Source: an uncultured delta proteobacterium
GTDB lineage: Bacteria > Myxococcota_A > Polyangia > Fen-1088
DNA: 64,000 nucleotides
NCBI GenBank assembly: GCA_963796685.1
Contig: CAWCMR010000013.1
Span: 608,001 to 672,000 of the forward strand
Direction of reading: 5' to 3'
A model generated the notes under the pieces. The model was not told the DNA's origin and ran no database searches. It saw only the letters and a program-made list of their open reading frames with translations. Of this stretch, positions 17,476-28,957 are shown in pieces. The position numbers were made by a program, and so were the translations under genes. Position 1 is the stretch's first letter, and every line of letters starts with the position of its first letter.

Positions 17476-18651
17476 TTACTGGCACTCGACAGTGGTGTTG
17501 ATCAGATCTCCGATCTGGGCCATGGCGTTGCTGAAGTCGTCCTGGCAGATGCTCATGATCTGGCCGGCCGCCCCGAAGGCGTCCACGAATTGCTTCATGC
17601 GAAGCTCCACCACCGCCTTGCCGTTGGCAGATTGGCAGATGGGCATGGACGTAAGCACATCGGAGTACACCGCCGAGCTGGTGTCGTATCCGATGGCGTA
17701 GTCGGCGCTCGAGACATCGGTCGGCCAGCCACCGATGACCGATACGCTCACGCTCTGCGTATGGAGTTGTTTCATTTCGTCGATGAAGGTCGAAACGGGA
17801 ATCAACTTCCCGCCGCCGTCGGGAGCCGCGCTGCAATTGACGAGCGGGGTCGAGAAGACCTGGGCCGGCGGCGCCTTGCCGTTGCAAAGGTGTCCGGCCA
17901 GCGAGCACCGCAAGCTGCTGTCCTGGCTACGATCGGAAAAATCCTCGAAGAGGGTGCTGTTGGCCGGTGCGGAGCAGTCGTCCTCGTCGGTGATGTAGAC
18001 CACCGCCAAGTGGGCATCGCTGCGCAGAAAGCCGGCGTTGTCGTTCACGAACCCGGACAAGGCCATGCGTACGGACTGGAGTTGGTGCTCGAACCCGCAC
18101 CCATTCGTTCCCAGCTTGGCGAGACAGGCGAACACGTCCGCGATGTCTCCCTCGAAATTGTTCTGCGCGCCGCCGTTCTGGGAAATCAGGTACCGACCGT
18201 TGCTCGGGTCCAGGCCGCAGCCGTCGCGGACCTGCAACACACCGCGATCCCCGAGCGAGTTGCCGCAAGCACCGGCGAGGGTCGCCGCCCCAGCCCCCAT
18301 GTCCGAAGACACCACGCCCAGGTGAAGATCCGGAAAGCCGGTGGGAAGCTTCTTGAGCGCCTCGATCAGCCGTGGAAAATTGCGAGCAAGGTTGGCCTGT
18401 TCTTCCGACATGGATGGCGAGTCATCGATCATGAACAGCAGGTCGAGCTTGACAGGCGTGTCCGTGGGGACCACCCGCGGGCTCGTGCCCTCCGGACACT
18501 GGGCGGCGTTTGCTGCAACAACTTGGCCCGAATCGTTGTTGCTCTCGACCGGGCCTCCGTCGCGCGAGATACGCATGGAGGTCCTGCCCTCACACGCCCC
18601 CCAGAGAAGGACGCAAATGGTGGAAGCAACGGCTGCATTGCGCGACAACAT
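17476..18651 (-). CDS. Cys-rich myxobacterial lipoprotein with vWA/MIDAS-like motif
   Basis: Lipobox LWGAC; DLLFMIDDSPSMSEEQ, LHLGVVSSDMG, GCGFEHQL, FLRSDAHLAVVYITDEDDCS. Confidence 0.75.
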   Translation of the reverse strand: MLSRNAAVASTICVLLWGACEGRTSMRISRDGGPVESNNDSGQVVAANAAQCPEGTSPRVVPTDTPVKLDLLFMIDDSPSMSEEQANLARNFPRLIEALKKLPTGFPDLHLGVVSSDMGAGAATLAGACGNSLGDRGVLQVRDGCGLDPSNGRYLISQNGGAQNNFEGDIADVFACLAKLGTNGCGFEHQLQSVRMALSGFVNDNAGFLRSDAHLAVVYITDEDDCSAPANSTLFEDFSDRSQDSSLRCSLAGHLCNGKAPPAQVFSTPLVNCSAAPDGGGKLIPVSTFIDEMKQLHTQSVSVSVIGGWPTDVSSADYAIGYDTSSAVYSDVLTSMPICQSANGKAVVELRMKQFVDAFGAAGQIMSICQDDFSNAMAQIGDLINTTVECQ

Positions 18652-18712
18652 TTGACCATGAAGATACCGCAAAATCCCCGCGAGCGTGCTATTCCATGGC
18701 TTGTCGCGTGAC

Positions 18713-20083
18713 ATGAGACACAGGTTTTTCATCCCAGCGTTCGCCCTCGTTCTTGCAGCACAAGCCTGCGCCGCATCCAAGCCCATTGCAAGAGGTGCCC
18801 CCGTGACCGCCCAAGCCAAGGCCTTTCCCTTTCCGACCACCGAGAAGACGCTGCCGAACGGGCTGCGCGTGTTCGTCGTCGAATACGACTCTCCGGGATT
18901 GGTCGCCTATTATTCCGTGGTGCGAACCGGCAGTCGTAACGAAGTCGAGCCGGGCAAGTCGGGATTCGCCCATTTCTTCGAGCACATGATGTTCCGCGGA
19001 ACGGCCCAGTTCCCGACCGAGAAGTACAACGCCACGATCAAGGCCATGGGGGCGGACTCGAACGCCTTCACCTCGGACGACATGACCGTGTACCACATCC
19101 TGGCCGGCGCCACGGCGCTGCCCACCATCGTCACCATCGAGGCGGATCGCTTTCAACACCTGCAGTACAGCGAGGCCGAATTCCAGAAGGAAGCCCGCGC
19201 CGTGCTGGGGGAATACAACAAGGGCGCATCCGATCCTTTGCAACCGATGGTCGAGGCCCTGTACGATCACGCGTTCACCTCGCACACCTACAAGCACACC
19301 ACCATCGGCTTTTTGCGCGACATCGAGGATATGCCGAACCAGTTTGCCTATTCGCGTCAGTTCTTCGACCGCTACTACCGACCCGACAACGTCATCCTAC
19401 TGGTGGTCGGCGACGTGACGGCCGACAAGGTGCTGCCGCTCATCGAGCAGCACTACGGCGCCTGGAGCACGGGGCCGGCCAGGCCTCCGATCCCCAGCGA
19501 GCCTCCGCAGACCCACGAGCAACGTGTGACGGTTCCGTGGAAGGGCGCCAGCCTGCCCATGCTGCTCATCGGCTTTCACACGCCCGCCTTCTCCACGACG
19601 AACATCGACAGCGCGGCGCTCGAAGTGCTCGCCGAGCTGGTCTTCGCCGAGCGCTCTCCGCTTTTTCGCCGCCTCGTGCTCGAAGAGCAGAAGGTCGAGC
19701 ACGTCGACGGCTCGGAGGAGCGTCACGTGGATCCCAACCTCTTTACCATCCTGGCTCGGGTCAAGGACGGCAAGGACCTCCCCTACGTGGAGAGCGCCAT
19801 CTACGACGAAATCGCCCGCGTCGCCGCGCAAGGGACGGACGACAAGACCCTGGCCGAAGTGGTTTCGCACACGCGCTATGCCTTTGCCGGCAGTCTCTCC
19901 ACCGCCGACCGGGTCGCCCTGGTCGGTTCCGAGTTCCTCGCCCTCACCGGCAAGCTGTCTACCATCGACGACACCTTTGCCTTGCTCAGCCGAGTGACGG
20001 TGGCCGACGTGAAGCGGGTCGCCGCCAAGTATTTCACCCCTGAAAACCGAACCGTCGTCGTCCTGAAGCCCGGGGAGCCATGA
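18713..20083 (+). CDS. M16 (insulinase/pitrilysin) zinc peptidase, catalytic subunit
   Basis: GFAHFFEHMMFRGT (HxxEH), NAFTS, YYRPDN; N-terminal export signal. Confidence 0.92.
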   Translation: MRHRFFIPAFALVLAAQACAASKPIARGAPVTAQAKAFPFPTTEKTLPNGLRVFVVEYDSPGLVAYYSVVRTGSRNEVEPGKSGFAHFFEHMMFRGTAQFPTEKYNATIKAMGADSNAFTSDDMTVYHILAGATALPTIVTIEADRFQHLQYSEAEFQKEARAVLGEYNKGASDPLQPMVEALYDHAFTSHTYKHTTIGFLRDIEDMPNQFAYSRQFFDRYYRPDNVILLVVGDVTADKVLPLIEQHYGAWSTGPARPPIPSEPPQTHEQRVTVPWKGASLPMLLIGFHTPAFSTTNIDSAALEVLAELVFAERSPLFRRLVLEEQKVEHVDGSEERHVDPNLFTILARVKDGKDLPYVESAIYDEIARVAAQGTDDKTLAEVVSHTRYAFAGSLSTADRVALVGSEFLALTGKLSTIDDTFALLSRVTVADVKRVAAKYFTPENRTVVVLKPGEP

Positions 20084-21645
20084 GCCCCCGACGCCACTCT
20101 TCCCAATCGGCTGCCCAATCGCCCGCGACCCTTCGGAGGTCCTTGCCCATGCTGCTGTCCATCGCCATCGCCGCCACCTCGCCCTCGGCTCGCGCCGAGC
20201 AAGGCCACGGTGTATCCCCGATCCGAGTCGTCCGTCTGCCGTCGCCGTCGAGCCCCCTGGTCACGATTCGGCTGGTCTTCCAGGTCGGCGCGGCCGACGA
20301 TGACCCGGGCAAGGAAGGTCTGGCCAACCTGACCGCCGCCATGCTGGGTGAAGGCGGGACGCTCAAGCGAACATGGTCCGAGGTCCTGGATGCTCTCTAT
20401 CCCATGGCCGCCGATATCCAGTACTACGGGGACAAGGACGCCTTCGTGTTCATGGGCACCGTTCACCGCGACAACCTGGAGGCGTTCGCGTCGATGCTGG
20501 CCGAACAAATCCTGACGCCGCGTTTTTCTGCCGAGGACTTCACGCGTCTCAAGCACGACGCCCTGGACGCCATCACCAAAACCCTGCGCGGCAACGACGA
20601 CGAGGACCTGGGCAAGCAGACCCTGGCAACGGTTCTCTTCCGTGGGCATCCCTACGGCTACCCCACGTACGGCACGGTCGCCGGATTGGCGAACATCACC
20701 CTCGACGACGTGAAACGCTTCTACGCCGAACATTTCACGTGCGAGCACCTCATCCTGGGCGTCGCGGGTGGCTACCCCGCGTCCTTCCCCGAAACCTACG
20801 CGGCCCGGCTCTCCGCCCTGCCCGCCAAGGGCAAAACGCGCGCCCCTCTCCCGCCACCGCCTTCACGCGACGGCTTGGACTTTCTGTTCGTGGAAAAGCC
20901 ATCGCACGGCAACGCCATTTCCATGGGCCGTGCCATCGACGTGACCCGCGCCGACGACGACTTCTATCCGCTCGCCGTGGCGGCCTCGTACCTCGGCGAG
21001 CATCGGACCTTCAATGGCGTCTTGATGATCAACATGCGCCAGAAGCGTGGGCTGAACTACGGCGACTATGCCTACGTCGAGAATTTCATCCAGGACGGCT
21101 GGTCGACCTTCCCGCGCCCGAACAACCCGCGCCGCCAGCAGAGCTTCGAGATCTGGCTGCGCCCGGTCCCTCCGGCCAGCGCGGGCTTCGCCGTGCGCGA
21201 GGCGATCTACGAAACCGACAAGCTCCTTCGCGACGGCATCCCGGCCGCGGGTTTCGAGGCCACGCGGGCCTTCTTGCTCAACTACGTCAACCTGTGGGCG
21301 CAGGACGGCTCGCGCCGGCTCGGCTACGCCACCGACGCCGCCATCTACGGGAAAGACGTCATCGCCGAGCTCAAGGCCCGCCTGCCGTCAATGACCAAGG
21401 AGGATGTGGACCGGGCCGTGCGCAAGCACCTTGCGACCGCGAACCTGGCGGTGGTAGTGGTGGGCGACAATGTCAGGGAGCTGGCCGCAGCGTTCGAGGC
21501 CGGCAAGCCCACCCCCATGGTCTACGACACCAAGGACACACCCGCAGAGGTCGTCAAGGAAGACAAGATCATCGAGGCCTATCCCCTGCCCGTTTCGCCC
21601 TCTCGCCTCAAGATCGTTTCCGCAAGCAGCCTGTTCGAGAAGTAA
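20080..21645 (+). CDS. M16 peptidase non-catalytic partner subunit
   Basis: GKEGLANLTA, HPYG, RQKRGLNYG; no HxxEH; ATGA overlap with the upstream gene. Confidence 0.85.
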   Translation: MSPRRHSSQSAAQSPATLRRSLPMLLSIAIAATSPSARAEQGHGVSPIRVVRLPSPSSPLVTIRLVFQVGAADDDPGKEGLANLTAAMLGEGGTLKRTWSEVLDALYPMAADIQYYGDKDAFVFMGTVHRDNLEAFASMLAEQILTPRFSAEDFTRLKHDALDAITKTLRGNDDEDLGKQTLATVLFRGHPYGYPTYGTVAGLANITLDDVKRFYAEHFTCEHLILGVAGGYPASFPETYAARLSALPAKGKTRAPLPPPPSRDGLDFLFVEKPSHGNAISMGRAIDVTRADDDFYPLAVAASYLGEHRTFNGVLMINMRQKRGLNYGDYAYVENFIQDGWSTFPRPNNPRRQQSFEIWLRPVPPASAGFAVREAIYETDKLLRDGIPAAGFEATRAFLLNYVNLWAQDGSRRLGYATDAAIYGKDVIAELKARLPSMTKEDVDRAVRKHLATANLAVVVVGDNVRELAAAFEAGKPTPMVYDTKDTPAEVVKEDKIIEAYPLPVSPSRLKIVSASSLFEK

Positions 21646-21657
21646 GATAGCACCCGC

Positions 21658-23481
<1,824 letters not shown>

Positions 23482-23510
23482 TCGGGTACCGCACAAACCG
23501 GCGCCCCGGC

Positions 23511-25997
23511 TCAATCCCCGCCGGGATTGTAGACGCCTGGAAGCCTTGGCCCGCGATCGCGATTGACCTCGTTCGACTCACCCCGGTGCTGTCCACGGCG
23601 ACGGCGACGCTTGCGCTTGCGGTTGCCTTCGGCGGCGTGCTGCCCGCCCTGTGGTTGGGGCTGAGCGTGGTGGTGGTTGCCACCTTGATTGAACCGCGGT
23701 TGACCGCCACCGTTGCGGCTCACCTGCATCACCGGCAACGACACCGGTGGCGGTACGATCCATTCCACGAAGGGACGAATGTTGGCATCACGCACCGTCG
23801 CCCAGCCGGAAAGGAAGGCATCCGGGGCGGCTCCCTCCTCGACAGGGTGTGACAGGTTCCCGGTCCAGGCTTCGTTTTCGCCAGGCTCGAGAACGACCTC
23901 GCCTGCGGCTGGCGTGCCTCGAGCGGGCTCGCCTTCCCAAACGGTCGGATCGAGAACGGCATCGCTCTCGGGCGGCGCGACCCAGGGCGGCGGCACCGTG
24001 GCCGGCATGACCTCGGGTATCGCGGTGGCGAAGATCGAACGCTGCCGCACCACCGGCGTGGGGGCCACCTTGTCCCCGCCACGGCGCCTGCGACGGCGAG
24101 CGCGGCCGTGAAAGTCCGTGGCCGCGTGCAGGCCATGGCGGGCATCCGCATCCCCGGGATCGAAGACCTCGCTGTCGAGACCGGCACAGGAATCGCACAG
24201 CCCGCACTTGGGCCCAGGATCCTCGCCGAAGTAGCTGCGCAGCATCTGCACGCGGCAGCTCTGCAGATTCATGTACTTGAGCAGCTCGGCCAAGCGTCGC
24301 CGATCCGAGATCCGCCGCGCCTCGAATACGGAAGACGCCTTGTCGATTGCCTGACGCGTCGGGCGAGGCTCGACCCCTGCCCAGCGCGCCGCTCGCACTT
24401 CCTTGGCCACGCCCATGGCCTCGAGCACGGATAGAACCACGCGCACGCGGCGCTCGGGCAAGGCCATCGAGAGCGCGAGGTCGCGCACCGAGACTTCCTT
24501 GCCCTCGTCGCTCCAAGCGTAGAGCCCTTCCGCGACCGCGCGCGCCTGCGTCTTGGTCGGGTGTGCTTCCTTGAGGAAGTGCTCTTGAATCGCGATGTCG
24601 TCGGGTTGGAACAGCAGCACGCAGCGCGCCGGCTTGCCGTCGCGACCGGCCCGGCCGGCCTCCTGCACGTAGGACTCGGGCGAGCCCGGCATCTGGTAGT
24701 GGATGATGTAGCGAATGTCGGGCTTGTCGACGCCCAGCCCAAACGCGTTGGTCGCGATCATGACCACCTTGCGCCCGGAGGACATGAACGAGGCCTGCGA
24801 CTTCTCGCGCTCGTCGCCGGTCATCTTGCCGTTGTAGCGTTCGACCGGGATCTTGCCGTGGCGCAAGGCCACATACAGGTCGTCCACCGCGCGAACCGTC
24901 GCGCAGTACACGATGCCGGGGCGGCGTAGGCGCTGGATGAGCTTGCCGAGAACACGCAGCTTGTCGGCCTCGCCCGCGACCTTGCGCACGTCAAAGGCCA
25001 GGTTCGGTCGGTGGAAGGACACGCGGCAAACGTGGGAATCCTTCATGCCGAGCTGGACCAGCACGTCCTCGGCGATGGCCGGCGTCGCGGTGGCGGTCAG
25101 ACCCAGGATGGGCGGTCGTCCCAGCACCTCGGCCGCGCGGCGCAAGCCGAGGTAGGATGGTCGGAAATCGTGTCCCCACTGCGACACGCAATGCGCTTCG
25201 TCGACGCAGAAGAGCGAGAACTTCACCCCGGCCAGCGACTCCTGCACGGCAGGCGAGCAGACCGACTCGGGCGTGATGAGGACGAGCTTGATCTTACCCT
25301 CGCGTACGGCCTCCAGGTCGGCTGCGCGCTCCTTGGCCGTGCGGGTGGAATCGATGCGCGCCACCGGTACCGAGGCAGCCTTCATCTTTCCGACCTGATC
25401 CTCGATGAGCGCCAGCAGCGGCGAAACCACCAACGTCGGACCGGGGAGCCACAGCGAAGGTAGCTGGTAAGTCAGCGATTTTCCGCTGCCTGTGGGCATG
25501 ACCGCCAAAGTATCGCGTCCCGCCAAGACCGATTCGATGACCTCGGCCTGACCAGGCCGCAGATCGCGGATGTGCAGAATCGCCCGCGCCCGGGCAAGCG
25601 CCTCGCGCAGTGCGGGCGAATACTCGCGCACGGGTTCGGCCGTGGCAGGAGCCACCACCGACGTGTAGACCGGCGGCCCAGCGACTGGCCGGGTGGGAAG
25701 ATTGGGGGCAACTCCGTCGTCGGAAAGGTGAATCACGAGCGTGGGCTCGGAATCTCCGTTTTCCGTCTCGGGCTCCCGGCCACCTTGGTCAGCGTCCGCG
25801 CGCGAAGACTCTTCGGCAGCGGCTTCTTCAGCCTGCTCGCCATCTGATGGGGTACTCAGTCTCGACTCCTCTCCAGACTCTCTCAGCGTGAATTGATCAC
25901 GTTTTGCTCCCGGCCTTCGCTTGCCCGAACCGAACCCTATGCCGCAGCTACCTGGGGGCCGGCCATTGTGGCCATCGACCCAACCGCGCTCGGGCAA
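23511..25997 (-). CDS. recQ: RecQ-family ATP-dependent DNA helicase (true start probably near 25860)
   Basis: MPTGSGKSLTYQLP, VDEAHCVSQWGHDFRPSY, TATAT, ATNAFGLGVDKPDIR, YVQEAGRAGRDG, Zn-binding C..C.LCDSC. Confidence 0.9.
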   Translation of the reverse strand: MPERGWVDGHNGRPPGSCGIGFGSGKRRPGAKRDQFTLRESGEESRLSTPSDGEQAEEAAAEESSRADADQGGREPETENGDSEPTLVIHLSDDGVAPNLPTRPVAGPPVYTSVVAPATAEPVREYSPALREALARARAILHIRDLRPGQAEVIESVLAGRDTLAVMPTGSGKSLTYQLPSLWLPGPTLVVSPLLALIEDQVGKMKAASVPVARIDSTRTAKERAADLEAVREGKIKLVLITPESVCSPAVQESLAGVKFSLFCVDEAHCVSQWGHDFRPSYLGLRRAAEVLGRPPILGLTATATPAIAEDVLVQLGMKDSHVCRVSFHRPNLAFDVRKVAGEADKLRVLGKLIQRLRRPGIVYCATVRAVDDLYVALRHGKIPVERYNGKMTGDEREKSQASFMSSGRKVVMIATNAFGLGVDKPDIRYIIHYQMPGSPESYVQEAGRAGRDGKPARCVLLFQPDDIAIQEHFLKEAHPTKTQARAVAEGLYAWSDEGKEVSVRDLALSMALPERRVRVVLSVLEAMGVAKEVRAARWAGVEPRPTRQAIDKASSVFEARRISDRRRLAELLKYMNLQSCRVQMLRSYFGEDPGPKCGLCDSCAGLDSEVFDPGDADARHGLHAATDFHGRARRRRRRGGDKVAPTPVVRQRSIFATAIPEVMPATVPPPWVAPPESDAVLDPTVWEGEPARGTPAAGEVVLEPGENEAWTGNLSHPVEEGAAPDAFLSGWATVRDANIRPFVEWIVPPPVSLPVMQVSRNGGGQPRFNQGGNHHHAQPQPQGGQHAAEGNRKRKRRRRRGQHRGESNEVNRDRGPRLPGVYNPGGD

Positions 25998-26107
25998 GCA
26001 CCAAGCTCGCCTGGCGAAAACGCACTTCTAACGTAGCACGCCCTTTGTGAAAAACACAAGGATTCAAGAGTGTGAGAGTGGCACGTCGCGTGCTTTGGGT
26101 AGGTGTA

Positions 26108-26784
26108 TGCCTGCCTTGCTCTCCCTGGCCCCGGAAGATCGCCCCCGCGAACGCCTCCTTTCCAAAGGTCCCACCAGCCTTTCCGACGCGGAGCTCCTGG
26201 CCATTCTCCTAGGCTCCGGTCGGCAGGGGCAGAATGTCGTGGAAATTGCTCATGATTTACTGGCCCATGCCGGCGATTTGCGCGGCCTCGCCGAAAGCGC
26301 GGAAGCCGAGCTGTGTGCCTTGCCCGGGGTCGGTCCGGCACGCGCGGCTGTCATCCAGGCCGCCATCGAGCTTGGCCGACGGGTGACCGGCACTCGGCCG
26401 GAACGTGGCCGGTTTCTCGGCAACGCAGCCGACGTCTGGACACACTACCGGGCCCGCTTGGGTACTTCGCCGGTCGAGGAATTCTGGATGTTGGCCCTCG
26501 ATGTGCGGCATCGTGTCTTGCTCGAAGCCTGCGTCGCCCGAGGCTCGCTGACGGGGGTCGAGGTCCATCCGCGCGACGTGTTCCGTACCCTGATCCGCGG
26601 CGCTGCCGCATCGGTCATTTTCTGTCACAACCACCCTTCCGGGGATCCCACGCCGTCGCGCCAGGATCTGGAATTGACCACCCGGCTGCGGCAAGTGGGG
26701 GAGCTTTGCGGCATCACCGTGCTCGACCATGTCGTGGTGGCCAGCGATGGTTTCGTCAGTCTTGCCAGCCGCGGTTGGTGCTGA
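26108..26784 (+). CDS. radC: RadC / JAB-MPN domain protein
   Basis: EDRPRERLL..G...LSDAELLAILLGSG, GVGPARA, VHPRDVF, HNHPSGDPTPSRQD, VLDHVVV. Confidence 0.92.
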
Positions 26785-26855
26785 TTCCCCATGCGTCCGT
26801 CGCGACGACGTGAAAGCTTTTGGGCTTGCCATCCTCTCCACCCTATTATCAGCCC

Positions 26856-27740
26856 ATGGTTTCGAGAATTTTAGCCTGTCTAGTCCTGGGCGCGTTTTGC
26901 ATGCTGGCCTCGGCCAAGCCGGCGACCGCGGATGGAATCTCGTTTCCCACTCCCCGTCCTCTGGGCACGGGCGGCGCCATGCGCGCCCTCGCCACGGGTG
27001 ACGCGGGACCCCAGCTCAATCCCTCCGGGATCTCGCTCCTGCGCGCCTATCTCCTCGAAGGCAGCTACCAGTATGGCAGCGCTGCCAACTCGCACGACGC
27101 GCGTATCTCCGCCGTGGATTCCACCTCGGGCTTCAACCTCGGCGGCGCTCTCTACTACACCTACCATCACGCGTCGCCCAGCGATGGCGTGAGCGAAACT
27201 GGACACCTTTTCGGCGGGTCGCTTTCCTTCCCCCTGCTGGACAAGATCTTTCTCGGCGGCAGCGCCAAGTACATCGACTTCAGCGACGAGATGGGCGCAA
27301 CCCACAAAGGCTTCACCTTCGACGTTGGCCTGACGATCCGGCCGATCCCGCAGGTGTCCATCGGAGCCGTCGGCTACAACCTCGTGGAACGCCATACGTC
27401 CTGGGTGCCCAAGGCCGCAGGTGGCGGCATCGCGGTGTTACCCATGCCCTCTCTGATCCTGGTATTCGACTCGGTCTTGGAGAAGGTCTACGGCGATAGC
27501 ACGCGCGATCGGGCCATGTACTACATGGGCGGCGCCGAGCTCTCCTTTGCTTCGTCGGCGGCGTTTCGCGCTGGCGGCGGACACGACGGGCTCACCAGGA
27601 ACGGCTATGTGTCGGGCGGGGTCTCCGTCCTGTCGGCAGACATCGGCGCCCTCGATATCGGACTACGCCAGGACGTGTCAGGCGCGCACAAGACCACCGT
27701 TATCGGCGTCAGCGCGCGCATCTTCGTTCCCAGCATGTAA
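26856..27740 (+). CDS. Exported outer-membrane beta-barrel-like protein
   Basis: Signal peptide, RPLGTGGA..A, LNPSG, alternating beta-strand pattern, VGYNL. Confidence 0.6.
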   Translation: MVSRILACLVLGAFCMLASAKPATADGISFPTPRPLGTGGAMRALATGDAGPQLNPSGISLLRAYLLEGSYQYGSAANSHDARISAVDSTSGFNLGGALYYTYHHASPSDGVSETGHLFGGSLSFPLLDKIFLGGSAKYIDFSDEMGATHKGFTFDVGLTIRPIPQVSIGAVGYNLVERHTSWVPKAAGGGIAVLPMPSLILVFDSVLEKVYGDSTRDRAMYYMGGAELSFASSAAFRAGGGHDGLTRNGYVSGGVSVLSADIGALDIGLRQDVSGAHKTTVIGVSARIFVPSM

Positions 27741-27930
27741 GGACCCGTTCGAGCGGGTTCCAATCGGGCTAAACTCTTCTCAGCTTGTCATTCCTCAGGA
27801 ACTATTTGGCCGCCGCGGTGTCAGTAGATGCGTGGAGGCTTCCCTGCCGAAAGCAGTCGGAGCGGGCATCGTCGAAGAGCCCGACCGACCCCTTTCGTCG
27901 CGCGGATTTCGAGAGCGGCAGGGCTTTCAA

Positions 27931-28515
27931 ATGAGCATCGGCGAGCGCCTTCTGCTCGGCCGCCTGGTCCGACGCGACGAAGAAGCCTTCAACGAGGTCG
28001 TTCGCAGTCACAGCAACCGCGTTTACAACTTGATTCTGCGCCTGGTGGGCTCGCCGAGCGAGGCCGAGGACATCGCCCAGGAAGTCTTCGTCACCGTGTT
28101 CAAGAACATCGAGAGCTATCGCGGCGAGGCCAAGCTCTCGACCTGGATCCTGCGCATCGCCACGAACCATTCCAAGAATCGCATCAAGTACCTCGCGCGC
28201 AGGCGAACCAGCGGACAGGAGCTGCACGACGGCACCGATGCCACGGAAATGGCCGACGAGGGCAAGGCGCCCGTGCAGGCACACTTCGACGCCCCGGACG
28301 TGGTCCTGGAAGCCGCTGAAACCGAACGCATCATGCAAGCGGCCATCGCCAACCTGGATGAGGAACAGAGACTGCTCGTCGTCCTACGTGACGTCGAGGA
28401 GCTGTCCTACGACGAGATCGTCGAGATCACGGGACTGCCTGAAGGAACCGTGAAATCGCGCCTGCACCGGGCGCGCATGGCGCTCAAGGATCTGCTCGAA
28501 GGGAAACTCAAGTGA
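27931..28515 (+). CDS. ECF sigma-70 factor
   Basis: DEEAFNEVV, AEDIAQEVF, STWILRIATN, LRDVEELSYDEI, GTVKSRLHRAR. Confidence 0.93.
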   Translation: MSIGERLLLGRLVRRDEEAFNEVVRSHSNRVYNLILRLVGSPSEAEDIAQEVFVTVFKNIESYRGEAKLSTWILRIATNHSKNRIKYLARRRTSGQELHDGTDATEMADEGKAPVQAHFDAPDVVLEAAETERIMQAAIANLDEEQRLLVVLRDVEELSYDEIVEITGLPEGTVKSRLHRARMALKDLLEGKLK

Positions 28516-28886
28516 CCGCGCCCGACAGCCACCAACGAGCCACCGCAGCTTTCTCCGCCTACGTGGAGGGCGATCTCGCCCCCGCGGAGCGTGCCCATCT
28601 CGAGGAACACCTGGCCACGTGCATGCAGTGTCGCGTATCGCTCGAGCGTTTTCGTCGCACCGTGGGGCGCCTGGGCGCCCTCAAACGGACCGCCCCGGTC
28701 AGCTTCCTCGAAAACGTGCAAGCCCAAATCAATCGCCGCTCCCGCGGCCGCTTCTTCGGCAAGCGCGCCCTGCTCTTCGGTCGTATTCCTTGGGAGTGGG
28801 TCTCGCTGGCCATGATCGTCGCCATGCTGGTCTACTACATCGTGGTCCTGCAAACCTCGCCCACCGGCGTCGTGCCGGGAAAGTAG
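28512..28886 (+). CDS. Zinc-finger (zf-HC2) anti-sigma factor
   Basis: HLATCMQC (HxxxCxxC), single C-terminal TM helix, overlaps sigma stop. Confidence 0.85.
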   Translation: MTAPDSHQRATAAFSAYVEGDLAPAERAHLEEHLATCMQCRVSLERFRRTVGRLGALKRTAPVSFLENVQAQINRRSRGRFFGKRALLFGRIPWEWVSLAMIVAMLVYYIVVLQTSPTGVVPGK

Positions 28887-28948
28887 GGGCGGGTTTCAAA
28901 CCCGCGCACCCGTAGGGGCGGGTTTGAAAACCGCCCCTACGGGTGCGC
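28883..28948. repeat. GTAG-type REP-like palindrome doublet between convergent genes
   Basis: GTAGGGGCGGGTTTCAAACCCGC then GTAGGGGCGGGTTTGAAAACCGCCCCTAC, the second inside a longer stem GCGCACCC...GGGTGCGC. Confidence 0.75.
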
Positions 28949-28957
28949 GCCTAACCT

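Noticed and set aside
26108-26784. radC as a marker of a mobile element
   Set aside because: Full-length chromosomal form with N-terminal HhH region among housekeeping genes; no integrase or att sites nearby.
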